Assembly (NCBI RefSeq): GCF_001194135.2
Contig: NC_068981.1
Span: 2,235,195 to 2,299,194 of the forward strand
Direction of reading: 5' to 3'
Length of the DNA stretch: 64,000 bases
Origin: Octopus bimaculoides
Taxonomy: Eukaryota
In this document: positions 27,013 through 39,559 of the stretch, in pieces
Position numbering within the stretch: the first letter of the stretch is position 1
Layout: every line of letters starts with the position of its first letter
The notes under the pieces: generated by a model
Told to the model about the DNA's origin: nothing
Databases searched by the model: none
What the model saw: only the letters and a program-made list of their open reading frames with translations
Translations under genes and position numbers: made by a program

Positions 27013-27435
27013 CGGCGCTTAGTGCATTTATCTTAAATTCCAATTGTCTTTACAATAACGAATCTACAAAAGTTTGCTAAGGTACAAACCATCCAATCCA
27101 TGCCAGCATGGATTGGATGATTAACTTGGCTTTTAAGTGATCTATATTAAAGACATCCATCAAAATTTCATGTTAATTTATGTTCCTAACACCAGCTTAA
27201 TGACAAACATTTCGTTAAATTCTCAAAATAGATTGAAATAAAAGCAGTGCATTTCAGCAGAAATACAGAAACATTAAAAAGAAACCCATAACACTTCTCT
27301 TCTAGACTGGAGTAGTTATAGGTTAAGGATTATAGATGAAGTGACATAGATTACAATAATCATTCGCCGGATTGTGGTTCACTTAATGCGCCCTCTGTAC
27401 ATCGTGGATTCTTTTGGCTAATATATACTCCTTTA

Positions 27436-27639
27436 CTACTTTACTTGTTTCAGTCATTTGACTGTGGCCATGCTGGAGCACCGCCTTTAGTCGAGCAAAT
27501 CGACCCCAGGACTTATTCTTTGGAAGCCTAGTACTTATTCTATCAGTCTCTTTTGCTGTACTACTAAGTTACAGGGACGTAAACACACCAGCATCAGTTG
27601 TCAAGCGAAGTTGGGAGGGACAAACACAGACACAAACAT

Positions 27640-27721
<82 letters not shown>

Positions 27722-27884
27722 GACAGGCTTCTTTCAGTTTCCGTCTACCAAATCCACTCACGAGACTTTGGTCAGCCCAAGGCTATAGTAGAAGACACTT
27801 GCCCAAGGTGCCACACAGTGGGACTGAACCTGGAACCATGTGGTTGGTAAGCAAGCTACTTACTACACAGCCACTCCTGCACCT
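27436..27884 (-). mobile_element. SINE family A, near full length
   Basis: Complete tail, (TA)n core and head. Confidence 0.9.
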
Positions 27885-28021
27885 ATGTAAATTTATGCTG
27901 CAGACTCCTCAGTATATCACAGGTTTCTGCAGCCGATAGGTGTTTATATTTTTTTAGATCTTAATTATGTCTGTGGTAAAATAAGCATTTTCACACCTAA
28001 AAATTAATAAATAAAAATACA

Positions 28022-28282
28022 TCACAGTACTGCACTGTATAACACATTAATTAAAATATATAAAAAGAAAATGCATAGTGTACCGTAGATGATTAACAAA
28101 AAATCACACATACTGAATGAAAAATGAAACTCGGGAGGTGGGTGTGGTGTTGTTTGGCTTTTATAATAAAATAAATATATACAAATTATAAAAATATACA
28201 GTACTGTTTCTACTTGGCAGATTTTCACTTATCGCGGAGACTTTTGGAATGTGATGTACGTGATAGTCGAGGGAATATTGTA
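28022..28282. mobile_element. Tc1/mariner (pogo/Tigger-like) MITE fragment
   Basis: Homologous to 315-470 (tacagtactgtttctact..gatagtcgaggga..tgta). Confidence 0.55.
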
Positions 28283-30437
28283 TATGTGACTACAGGGGGA
28301 CAGTGATAAAATGTGGGATTATAGAGTGAGCGATTATATATGGTATTATAAGGGGCAGCAATTATATATACATGACCTTGGAAGTGAGAATTATGATATT
28401 AGAGTTCAACTGGGTCCTATATGACCCCTGGAGATCCATATAAAATTGTGATGAGTTTATGCAAGCAAAATAGTAATTTGGAGGCCTACAGCAGAATATT
28501 AAGGGTCCATGAAAAATTTTGATTTAGATTTGTTTATTGCAGGAAATATCTAAGTTTCTTTCTCAAATATTTTACAAAGTTCAACCTACACAAGTTAATG
28601 TGTAAAAAACAAAATAGAAATTTTGAAAGAAATGCACACAGCAGACTTCCACACAGTTTCCATCTACCAAATTCATTCACAAAGGTCATGCTTACAGTAG
28701 AAGGCACTTGCCCAAAGTGTGGCACAATGGGACTGAGGAACCGATCTTTTCTCCAGGTTCAGCAAGTAAAAAAAAAGCCTTATTTGTCAAAATGAACGTA
28801 AATAACCAGCATGTTTCAGCTGATCACAAAAGAAGGACTGGGACAGACATTTTTAGGGTAACACATGAAGATTAGAAAGTGTACTGATACCAACTGCCAA
28901 CAAAATAATAATGGTTTTAAATTTTGGCACAAGGCCAGCAATTTCAGGAGAGATCGGAGGTGGGGTAAGTTAATTACATCAACCTGGGTGCTCAACTGGT
29001 ACTCATTTGACCAAACTCAAAACAATGAAAGGCAAAGTCAACCTTGATGGAATTTCATCTCAGAACACAAAAACCATTTTGTCCAACACATTAATAATTC
29101 TTCCAAGTTGCTGTCTTAATAATTGTTTCAGATTTTGGCACAACAAGGCCAGTAATTTTAAGGAGAGGAGGTTAGTTGATTACATTGACCCAAGTACTCA
29201 ACTGGTACTTTATCAACCTTGAAAGGATGAAAGGAAAAGCTGATCTCAACTGTATTTGGATTCAGAATATAAGGAGCTGAGAGACGTGCGACTAAGCGTT
29301 TCTTCTGAGGTGCTAATGATTCTGGCCAGCTCTCCACTTTAATCATCATCATCATCGTTTAACGTCCGTTTTCCATGCTGGTATGGGTTGGACAGTTTGA
29401 CTGAGGACTGGACCAGGCTCCAATCTGATTCGGCCGTGTTTCTACAGCTGGATGCCCTTCTTAATGCCAACTACTCCAAGAGTGTAGTGGGTGGTCTTTA
29501 CATGCCACTGGCACAGGAGTCAGTCAGACAGGCCTGGCATCAATCACGTTCGGATGGTGCCTTTTACGTGCCACCGGCATGATAATAATAATAATAACAA
29601 TTCTACTTTTTTTGCACTTTGGTTTGTGCATCTGTGAATAATCTAAGAAGGGGAAAAAAAGAAAAAACAAAGAACATGATAATTTGTCATGATTTTAGTC
29701 AGAGCCACATCAAGTAAGAAGTCTATGATGAAAAGATTCAACACAGAGTCTCAGACTAGCAATGTGCTTTGACATTCAGACTGAACATTCTTCAACAAAA
29801 CATGTCACATTCAGAACAGCAATGTCAATTCTGCTGCTTACTGCACTCAAATATAACATGAACCGCATAAGTTATTCTTCTTAACCAAATATTTTTTTTT
29901 TGCTTTTTATTATTTGGTAAAAATGGTGCTATCAGAAGCTTCCACCAGATTGTCAATAGCAAGATACAGTTGTTTATTCTTGTCACTCTCAGAAACCTAA
30001 GACTTTCAGTTTGCCTTCTTCATAAAAACCTAAACTACATCCTATTCAATACAACTGCCTCATACTAACTTCCCTATAAATCTGGGCCTTATAATTGGCA
30101 TCGTTAATATCTGTAATTTCTCGACCCCAGGGTATCCTTTTTATGTGTGAAAGCTCGTAATTTAGAATACTCATTTCCTTAACAACCCAAGTAAATATTT
30201 TATAATGCTTATTTTGTTCGTATCAAATCCACTCCCAAGGCTTTGGTCAGCCTGGAGCTACAGTAAAAGAAACTGACCTAAGGTGCTGTGCAGTGGGGAC
30301 CAAATCTCTACTGCATGGCACCTGGGTCAAATGTCATCTGCTATAGAGCCTCAAGCTGACCAATGCTTTGCAAGTGGACTTTGTAGACAGAAACTGTGTG
30401 GTAAGTTCATCGTATGTGTGTGAAAATATATATATAT

Positions 30438-30574
30438 AGGCGTGGCTGTGTGGTAAGAAGCTTGCTGTCAACCACATGGTTCCGGGTTCATTCCCACTGC
30501 ATGGCACCTTGGGCAAATGTCATTAACTGTAGCCTCGGGCCGAGTGGATTTGGTAAACAGAAACTGAAAGCCCA

Positions 30575-30658
<84 letters not shown>

Positions 30659-30860
30659 GCATGTATTTGTGTTTGTCTCCCCACCATCGCTTGACAACCA
30701 ATGTTGGTGTATTTATGTCCCCGTAATTTAGTGGTTCAGCAAAAGTGACTGATAGAATAAGTACTAGGCTTACAAAGAACAAGTCCTGGGGTCGACTTGT
30801 TCGACTAAAGGTGGTGCTCCAGCATCGCCACAGTCAAATGATTGACACAAGTGAAAGAAT
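30438..30860 (+). mobile_element. SINE family A, near full length
   Basis: Head, (TG)n(TA)n and tail. Confidence 0.88.
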
Positions 30861-31671
30861 ATATTTATATATGTATATAATCATCATCATCATCGTTTAA
30901 CATCCGTTTTCCATGCTGGCATGGGTTGGACAGTTTGACTGGGGACTGGCAAGCCAGGAGGCTGCACCAGGCTCCAAGTAGAGAGGGTTAAAATCCAAGC
31001 TGTGTCCTCTTGAAGAACATCTGCTTATTCCATTATTCCAATTTCATATGTAGAGATCATATTTATACAAGGTATGCATTCATCATCGTTTAACATCCAC
31101 TTTCCATGCCGGCATGGGTTAGACAATTTGACAGAAACTGGTAAGCCAAAGAGAGCTGCACCAGGTTCCAATCTGACTTGGCATGGTTTCTATGGCTGGA
31201 TACCCTACCTAACGCCAACCACTCCAAGAGTGTAATAGGTGCCAGTCACATGGCACTGGCATCGGCCACAACTAAGATTTCACTTGGCTTGACAAGTCTC
31301 CTCAAGCACAGCATATCGCCAAAGGTCTTGGCTGGAAATATCATTTTCAGAATAACTATATATCAAAACAAGAAATAGGAAACACTCTTTGGTATTATTT
31401 ATTCACCATTACACATGTTCCATTTGCTAATAGGAGTAACAAAATTGTACATGCAGTAGAAAACATGTAAGACATCTATTAGAAATTTTTCAGACAGAGA
31501 ATCAAATATTATTTGAATCTCAAATACATTCTTGTCGCCTATTAATGGCCATTAATAGCCGACATGAATGTATCATAGCTCTTCGCTCCGAGAGTTGAAA
31601 CTCTGAGTCCTATAATGACAACCTTTTACTGTTTGTTCTAAATTATAACATATATAAATAATCTTCTGCTG

Positions 31672-32010
31672 AGAGACCCCTTCGGTCATGACTGACCACG
31701 GGGTTGCACCTACAAAGTTACCCTCCCAGGCACAAGTCCGGGCAAGGTTGTTTATGGAAGACCAGCAGTCACCCATGCATACTGCCCTCCCCTCTCCATG
31801 CCACCAGTGTTATCCAAGAGAAAGGCAAAGGGGCCGATACAGCTTGGCACCTGTGACGTCGTAACTCATTTCTACAGCTGAGTGAACTGGAGCAACGTGA
31901 AATAAAGTGTTTTGCTCAAGAGCACAACACGCAGCCCGGTCCAGGATTCCAACTCACAACCTCACAATCGTAAGCTCAACGCTCTAACCACTGAGCCATG
32001 CGCCTTCACA
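31672..32010 (-). mobile_element. tRNA-derived SINE family D
   Basis: The reverse complement starts ggcgcatggctcagtggttagagcg (A box). The core agcaacgtgaaatgaagtg..ttgctcaag is shared with about 13120-13265 and 44140-44410. Confidence 0.8.
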
Positions 32011-32261
32011 TATCCTCTATTTCTCTAATATTGAGGTCTCATTCTTTTGTTGTTACTTTTTATGATTCTTATTGGATGGATGGATGGATGGATGGATGGA
32101 TATCAGCCCATTTAACATCACCATCTGTCCCTTAATGAGATGCTAAACAGCAGAATTGGCAACATTGGCTAAATTTTATAATTATAAAGGAGTCTGTGCC
32201 CTGGTAAAAAATAAGTTGTCTAAGAAGCATATAATTAGGGCAAGCTCTTAAAAATACTTTA

Positions 32262-32304
<43 letters not shown>

Positions 32305-32901
32305 AGCACTCAAAGTAATGTATTCATTTATTGAAATCATTCATCCAACCCTTACATTCTATCTAGAAATCCTTTCACTCAGAGCAAATCATGAAAACAT
32401 TCCCTTCAAAACAGACATTTCCTGGACAAAGTGCCCACTTATAAAAATAACACTTCAAATTGAAATGTGGTTGACTAAATATTTGATTAGATTAAAGCTG
32501 AACGGATCTTAGTAAAGACACAAAAATGCAATGAATTAAAAACAAACAAAACAGCAGTTTCCTGAGCTGATAGTCTCGTGTGTCAACCACATCCTGGATA
32601 CTACATGCATCTGAATTCTTTCCATGAACAGACACAACACATTGCAACCCTTAGATCCAGAATCAATGGAGGGAGACCTACCTCTCAGGGTTGAGAAATT
32701 TCCCTGCAAACCCAACCTGCCATTTTATAAAGGAAGGGCAATATCAAATAAAGCCCTCCTGGATATGCTACTGAATTAAGACACAGTGATCATGGTTGGA
32801 ATGAGCCATCTTCTTATGACTTGGGTGTCAAATGACAAGTCTACACATTCAGGGCCAACCTGAGGCAACCCACCCACTAGCTCCAGATGGACTCTTTTTA
32901 T

Positions 32902-33404
32902 ACACTTCTATATTTAAGATGAGGAATTATGTACATTTACATTATTTACATTTGACAGATATTTGTCCTCATCTTGTTTGTTGTTAACACAATGTTTCGG
33001 CTGATGTACTCTCCAGCCTTCATCANNNNNNNNNNTGTTAACACAATGTTTCGGCTGATGTACTCTCCAGCCTTCATCAGGTGTCTTGGGGAAATTTCAA
33101 ACCTGGGTTCTCATTCCGAAGGTATTTTTCAATTTTATTATTATCATCATTATCATTATTATTATTATTATTATTCAGGTCACTGCTTGGAATCAAACTC
33201 AGAATCTTGGGGTCAGTAGCCCGCGCTCTTAACCACTATGCCATATGCCCATGGGTATATAACATTGAAAAATACCTTAGGAATGAGAACCCAGGTTCGA
33301 AATTTCCCCAAGACACCTGAAGAAGGCTGGAGGGTATATCAGCCGAAACATTGTGTTAACAACAAACAAGATGAGGACAAATATCTGTCAAATGTAAATA
33401 ATGT
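32902..33404. mobile_element. Family 1 full-length tRNA-head/hammerhead SINE (minus, 32902-33255) plus inverted partial copy (plus, about 33260-33404)
   Basis: Head 33176-33255 has A-box-like TGGCATAGTGG and B-box-like GAGTTTGATTCC. Hammerhead motifs at 33040-33085 (-) and 33312-33357 (+). Contains a 10-N gap with an artefactual 44-bp duplication. Confidence 0.85.
33312..33357 (+). ncRNA. Minimal type I hammerhead ribozyme motif (representative family 1 copy)
   Basis: gacac-CTGAAGA-a-ggctg-gagggtatat-cagcc-GAAA-CA-TT-gtgtt. Helix I is gacac/gtgtt and helix II is ggctg/cagcc. Helix III is reduced to ACAT (ACGT in other copies). Activity untested. Confidence 0.7.
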
Positions 33405-34075
33405 TTTCACACAGTTACAATAACAGCTTCTGCTCTAGTAAGCTGCCCACTACTTCCACCTATATATATCTGCTTCTCTATCATTCCGATTCTATTCTGC
33501 ATTAAACTTAGTGTTGAATACTTTCTTCCCACAACTACTTCCCTTTCCATGTATACTTTACAGATAACAACCAGAAAATGTTCGAGCTGTCCATAAGTCT
33601 ATGCATACACGCATACACACACACACACACTTCATTTAGGCGTTATGAGACTAATAACCTAAAGTAGAACTCAGTAAACATATGCTTTAGAATGAAGCAT
33701 TAGTCCAGTACAGAGTGACAAGAAAACAAAACTATGAGCCCACTGCATCTTATAGCAGAAACTACTGTAAGCTAATGAAGTTGACAAAGTAATCGTTTAT
33801 GCCTTTGTCATCTCAAGCCAAGTGAAATTGTAGTCATGGCAGATATAGGTGTTGTGCAAACTGACACTCGTGCCAGTGGCACGTAAAAGCACCCACTACA
33901 CGCTTGGAGTGGTTGGCATTATTAGGAAGGGCATCCATCCGTAGAAACCATGCCAAATCAGACTAGAGTCTGGTGCAGGTCCTCAACTTATCAGCCCTGG
34001 TCAAACCATCCAACCCATGCCAGCATGGACGACAGGCATTAATTGATGATGAGACAGACAGACAGGTAGATAGAT

Positions 34076-34155
<80 letters not shown>

Positions 34156-34321
34156 GTGTGTGAGTGGTAATCTTGATCTCCAACTTAACATGGAGGTTGT
34201 GTAAGAACACAGAATACTGCTTTACTTACCCCGAGAGGATTTCTCATAAGGACTCGTGATGCCACAAGTCCTTAAGACAGAGTGCTCATGCCTTAAGTAA
34301 GGCCTTTATCTACAATGCTAT

Positions 34322-34610
34322 GCCTATGGGCATAGTGTAGTAGATAAAAATGTTGGTTAAGGTAGTGCAGTCACCTAGAGGTTCTAAGTTCAACTCCAAG
34401 TGAAGCATTAGCGGAGTGAGAACAATGTAACCCCATGGATCAAATAAAGGGTTAGGCTCGAAATTCCAATACAACTGAATTCAACACAAGTCACCCAAAG
34501 AAGGCTGGAGCATACAACAGCCGAAACATAGTGAAAGCAACAATAAGATGAGGACACCAGTTCGAATAATATACAAAATATAAATTCCTTATGTCTCAAA
34601 TATAGAATTG
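34322..34610 (+). mobile_element. Sister subfamily (1b) tRNA-head/hammerhead SINE, decayed
   Basis: Similar head start (cctatgggcata..gtagt..ggttaag) and B-box-like AGTTCAACTCC. Motif tcac-CCAAAGA-a-ggctg-N10-cagcc-GAAA-CA-TA-gtga at 34491-34534. Shares the 3' terminus gatgaggac...aaatatagaattg. Confidence 0.7.
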
Positions 34611-35820
34611 CATGTTCCAAATTAATACTTTTTTCTTTGTTTTGTCATGTTAACCTTTTGGACTTTAAACCAAAATTTTAGGTAAAAATATATGTCATGA
34701 ATAGACAGAATCCAAGAGGTTTGGTAAATATTTTCCTGTACCATAAACTTTTCATTCAACTTGCTGCCAATCTTGGCCTTTTTTGCAACATCATGCACAC
34801 ATGCAAGGAATTATTTACCTATCTCTAGTTTCCTATCATCCACCAGACTCCAATCAGTTTGTAAAACTGATTGTTCGGTGCTACATTTAAGCTGAGGTTA
34901 ATTCTTCCAGCCAGAGTTTACAACATGGGAACAACAATTTCCCATATTTTCACTCTCTTTATATCTAATAATTAAAACAGTCTCACAACACATTTAACTT
35001 CAAGTATTGTGACGAGTCATCGCTGCTTCTAGATAAGTAATAAATCTTCAAAAACTATCAACTGAAAAAAAAAAAAAAAAAAGAAACAAATTCAAATATT
35101 ACAGTTGGTTCTTAAGCAAGGTACTTCACTTCACATTCCTCCATCTTACTCAGGTGTAATGAGTATAATACACTCTTGCTTCAGCTGGATCAAAGGAGAC
35201 ATGACCAAGGCTTTTTATTCGCTTGCAAGGACAAATGTACCCAAGTGTTCCACTGGTTTTATTCTAAGGGTAGACATAAGCATATTCTTTTATTCTTCTT
35301 TTCTTTTATTGGTATCAGTCATTTGACTGAGGCCATGCTGGAGCACCACCTTTAGTCGAGCAAATCGACCCCAGGACTTATTCTTTGTAAGCCTAGTACT
35401 TATTCTATCAGTCACTTTTGCCAAGCCGTTAAGTTATGGGGATGTAAATACACCAACATTGGTTGTCAAGCGATGTCGGGGGGACAAACAAAGACAGACA
35501 CACAAACATACACATATATACACACATGACAGGTTTCTTTCAGTTTCCGTCTACCAAATCCACTCACAAGGCTTTGGTTGGCCCGAGGCTATAGCAGAAA
35601 ACACTTGCCCAAGGTGCCACGCGGAGGGACTGAACCCAGAACAATGTGGTTGGGAAGCAAGCTTCTTACCACACAGCCATTCTTGCGACCGTTACTAGAA
35701 AGACAGCAAGTTGGCAGATAAAATGCTTAGCAGAATTTCGTCTGTCTTTATGCTCTGAATTCAAATTCCACCAAGATCAACTTTGTCTTTCATCCTTCAG
35801 GGTCGATAAAATAAACACCA

Positions 35821-36118
35821 TTATTTACATTTGACAGATATTTGTCCTCATCTTGTTTGTTGTTAACACATCGTTTCGGTTGATATACCCTCCAGCTTTC
35901 ATCAGGTGTCTTAGGGAAATTTCAAACCTGGGTTCTCATTCCTGAAGTATTTTTCGATATCATTATTATTATTATTATTATTATTATAATTATTCAGGTC
36001 ACTGCCTGGAATCCCCCAGACCCCTAATGAAGGCTGGAGGGTATGACACCTGATGAAACGTGTTAACAACAAATGTAAATAATGTACATAGTTCTTCATC
36101 TCTTAAATATAGAACTGT
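35821..36118. mobile_element. Family 1 hammerhead SINE, inverted pair, inserted into another SINE
   Basis: Minus body, (ATT)n and partial head span 35821-36012, with the hammerhead motif at 35865-35910. A rearranged plus copy follows and ends in the family terminus aaatatagaactgt at about 36118. Confidence 0.8.
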
Positions 36119-36419
36119 ATCAAATACCAGTTGAGTGCAGGGGGTCAGTGTAATCAACTTACTCACCTGTCAAAATTGCTGGCCTCGTGCTAGAATAAGA
36201 AAAGAATATTTTACTAGTACATGTACCTGTCATACACTGGTTTCACCATAAGTATATGTATGTTTACACTTGTGATGATTAACTGACAACCACTACCTCC
36301 ATCATACACCAATTCTCTCCAACTGAAATTCTACTCCAAACACCATCTTACAGTTTATAGAACTGTAGACTTTGCCAACTCAATTATCAATAATTTGATG
36401 TGCTTAGACCTACCTTCTA

Positions 36420-37410
36420 TCGTTAATACGATCATTATCAACTGTTTGAAGGGTATAGAAGATGCACAAGAAAGGGAAAGCATGGTAGTTGATGGACCAA
36501 GTTACAAGAAGTTATGGAAAGTGTTATGGCACAACTGGTGAGGAACAAAATTACTTGAAATGAGATGCATTACAGTTTCATATAGTTGCAGTTTTGTGCG
36601 GTTGTCTCCAAAGAGACAACTGCACCAAATTAACTTAAGACTAAATTATTGTACCTAGTATTTGTCAACCTGGAGAAGGAAGGCTTTGGCAAAGTTCCAC
36701 ACACTGATCTGTTGATTGCTAAGGAAACTAGAGATAGGTGAATGGTGTATGAGAGTAATGCAAGCCATGTACAGAGATGAAATAAGCAAGACAAGAGTTA
36801 GTAATATATACGAGTTAGTAATGAATACAGTGACAATTTTAGCACACAGATAGGGGTCAAACCAGAGCTCAATCCTCAGCTACCTTCTGTTTACCATAAC
36901 ACTCTCTTCCTGGCCAAATCAAAAGAGTTTAAGACTAGCCATCCATGGGAACTTCTATATGCTGATGACCTAGTTCTTGTAGGTGAATCTGTAGTAGTAT
37001 TAAAAGAGAAATTCCAGACATATAAGCAAAACCAAGAATCAAGTGGCCCCCAAATAAACTTAGCAAAGACAAAGTAAGAGTCCTACTTCAGGGAAATGAC
37101 TGAGCTCAATAGGCAGAAATTGCATACAATGTATGCTGTGTACCCAGTGTATGCTATGTACCCAGGGTATGCTATGAACACACAAGAGATCTAAAAAGAT
37201 CACAGGTAGGCTGACAGAGAAGATAGACTTTGTATGTGGCAGATGCCCGAGAACAATAAGCAAGAAGAGCACACAGGAACTAGATTCCCTCAAATGCCAA
37301 GATGGGTCCCTAGAATTAGTTGACTGCTTCTGTTAAAGAGGTGATCCTAATTAGCAGTGGAGGTGGTTTTCTAAAAGAACAGCAAGCAGAGTAAGAACAG
37401 GCTGTTGTAA
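36420..37410 (+). mobile_element. RTE/RTEX-clade LINE reverse transcriptase remnant
   Basis: Decayed FVNLEK..F.KVP, AMYRD and WELLYADDLVL (about 36945-36980) motifs, then a Cys-rich stretch; many lesions. Confidence 0.8.
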
Positions 37411-38744
37411 AACTTTAGGCGCAGGAGTGGCTGTGTGGTAAGTAGCTTACTTACCAACCACATGGTTCCAGGTCCAGTCCCACTGCGTGACACCTTGGGC
37501 AAGTGTCTTCTATTATAGCCTCAGGCCGACCAAAGCCTTGTGGATGGATTTGTCAGACAGAAACTGAAAGAAGCCCGCCACATATATAATACATTTGCTG
37601 TTGAATGTTCAAAATGGGGAGTAGGTGGGTGGTTGACAACTGGCAAGGGGTCGTTCTCTGTGTTTGCTTGTCCTGTTTTCCATTTTTTTCTCTCGTTGTT
37701 TGCATATTTAACTTGTTTGTTTTCGTATTTCATATTTGCACAGTTGATGACATCCTGTGCCCATGTGTGTGAAAGATATCAACATCATCGTTTAACGTCC
37801 GTTTTCCATGCTGGCATGGGTTGGACGGTTCGACTGAGATCTGGGAACCCAGGAGGCTGCACCAGGCCCCAATCTGATCTGGCAATGTTTCTACAGCTGG
37901 ATGCCCTTCCTAACGCCAACCACTCCAAAGGTGTGGTGAGTGCTTTTTACGTGCCACCAGCACAGGGGCCAGAGGAGGCTGGCAACAGTCATGATTGGCT
38001 GGAGCTTTTTACGTGCCACCGGCATGGAAACCAGTCAAGGCGGCTCTGGCATCGGCCACGTTCAGATGGTGCTTTTTACATACCATCGGCACGGGTATCA
38101 CAACTACAATTTCCATTTGATTTTCATTTTTATGTTGATGTACTTGATTCAAGGTCTCCTCAAGCACAGCAGGTCGCCCTACAATCCAAGGTACTTTTGA
38201 ATGGGCTGGAGTTGGTTATGCGAAACTGGTGTAGGATAAAGCCATGAACTCACTTTATTTGCCGGGTCTTCGCAGGCACACCATATATATTGTTTATATA
38301 TATATATATATACATACATATGTATATGTTGGTGTATCTGTGCTTGTCCCCACCTCACCCCAACACAACATCACTTGACAACTGATGCTGGTGTATTTAC
38401 GTCACTGTAACTTAGCAGTTCAGCAAAAGAGATCAATAGAATAAGTACTAGGTTTACAAAGAATAAGTCCTGGGGTCGATTTGCTCAACTAAAGGTGGTG
38501 CTCCAGCATGGACACAGTCAAATGACTGAAACAAGTAAAAGAGTTATTGCTGCTGGTAAGAAAACAATTTTCTCTTGAAGTGAAAGGGAGGTTGTATGAT
38601 GCTTGTATAGCAAATGCAATGCTGCATGGTGGAGAGATGCGAGTTCTGAGTGTAAGGGATGTGTGACAGCTAAAAAGAAATAAATACTGGTATACATGAA
38701 GGACAGAACACAAATGAGCTGTTAGAAAAACTGAATATAAGAAG

Positions 38745-39125
38745 AGGTGGCTGTGTGGTAAGTAGCTTGCTTACCAATCACATGGTTCTGGGTTCAGTCC
38801 CACTGCGTGGCACCTTGGGTGAGTGTCTTCTACTATAGCCTCGGGCCAACCAAAGCCTTGTGAGTGGATTTGGTAGGTGGAAACTGAAAGAAGCCCGTCG
38901 TATATATGTGCGTGTGTATGTATGTATGTTTGTGTGTCTGTCCCCCAACATCGTTTGACAACCAATGTTTCTGTGTTTACGTCCCCGTCACTTAGCAGTT
39001 CGGCAAAGGAGACCGATAGAATAAGTACTAGGCTTACAAAGAATAAGTCCTGAGGTCGATTTGCTTGAATAAAAGTGGTGCTCCAGCATGGCTGCAGTCA
39101 AATGACTAAAACAAGTAAAAGAATA
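38745..39125 (+). mobile_element. SINE family A, near full length
   Basis: Head, short TA/TG core and tail. Confidence 0.9.
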
Positions 39126-39559
39126 AAATAATTAAATGTGGTGAGCAAGAGAGAAGACTGTCATGGAATCTGATGTACATGAAAGGTGACGGTTGTATAA
39201 AGGAGTGCAGAATGCTGAAAGTGGATGGCACCTGAAGAAGAGAGAAACCCAGAAAGGCATGGAGACCAATATCAAGATGCTGGGCTTCATAGAAGAAATC
39301 ATTATCATCATCTAATGTCTGTTGTCCATACTGGCATGGGCTGGATGGTTGAAGGTTGCACCAGACTCCAGGCTGATTAGGCATGGTTTTCTACGGCTGG
39401 ATGCTCTTCCTAACGCCAACCACTCAGAGTGTCATGGGTGCTTTTAATGTCACCGGCACAGGTGCCATTTGCGTGACACTGGTATCTGCCACGACTGAGA
39501 TTTTGCTTGGCTTGATGGGTCTTCTCGAGCATGACAATGCGAAAGGTCTTGGTCATTGC

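Noticed and set aside
25621-27036. Five ORFs of 400-460 aa (and similar ORFs at 18697-19163, 45906-46299, 57574-58247, 60777-60987)
   Set aside because: They arise from dinucleotide/tetranucleotide microsatellites and N gaps, not coding sequence.
32982-33079. Apparent tandem hammerhead dimer across the 10-N gap
   Set aside because: The identical 44-bp overlap on both sides of the gap is an assembly artefact, like the one at 9188; it is not evidence for a natural dimer.
33176-33255. tRNA-like sequence with apparent ACT anticodon (also 16315-16380 and the other SINE heads)
   Set aside because: T-arm and acceptor stem do not pair properly; these are SINE heads, not tRNA genes.
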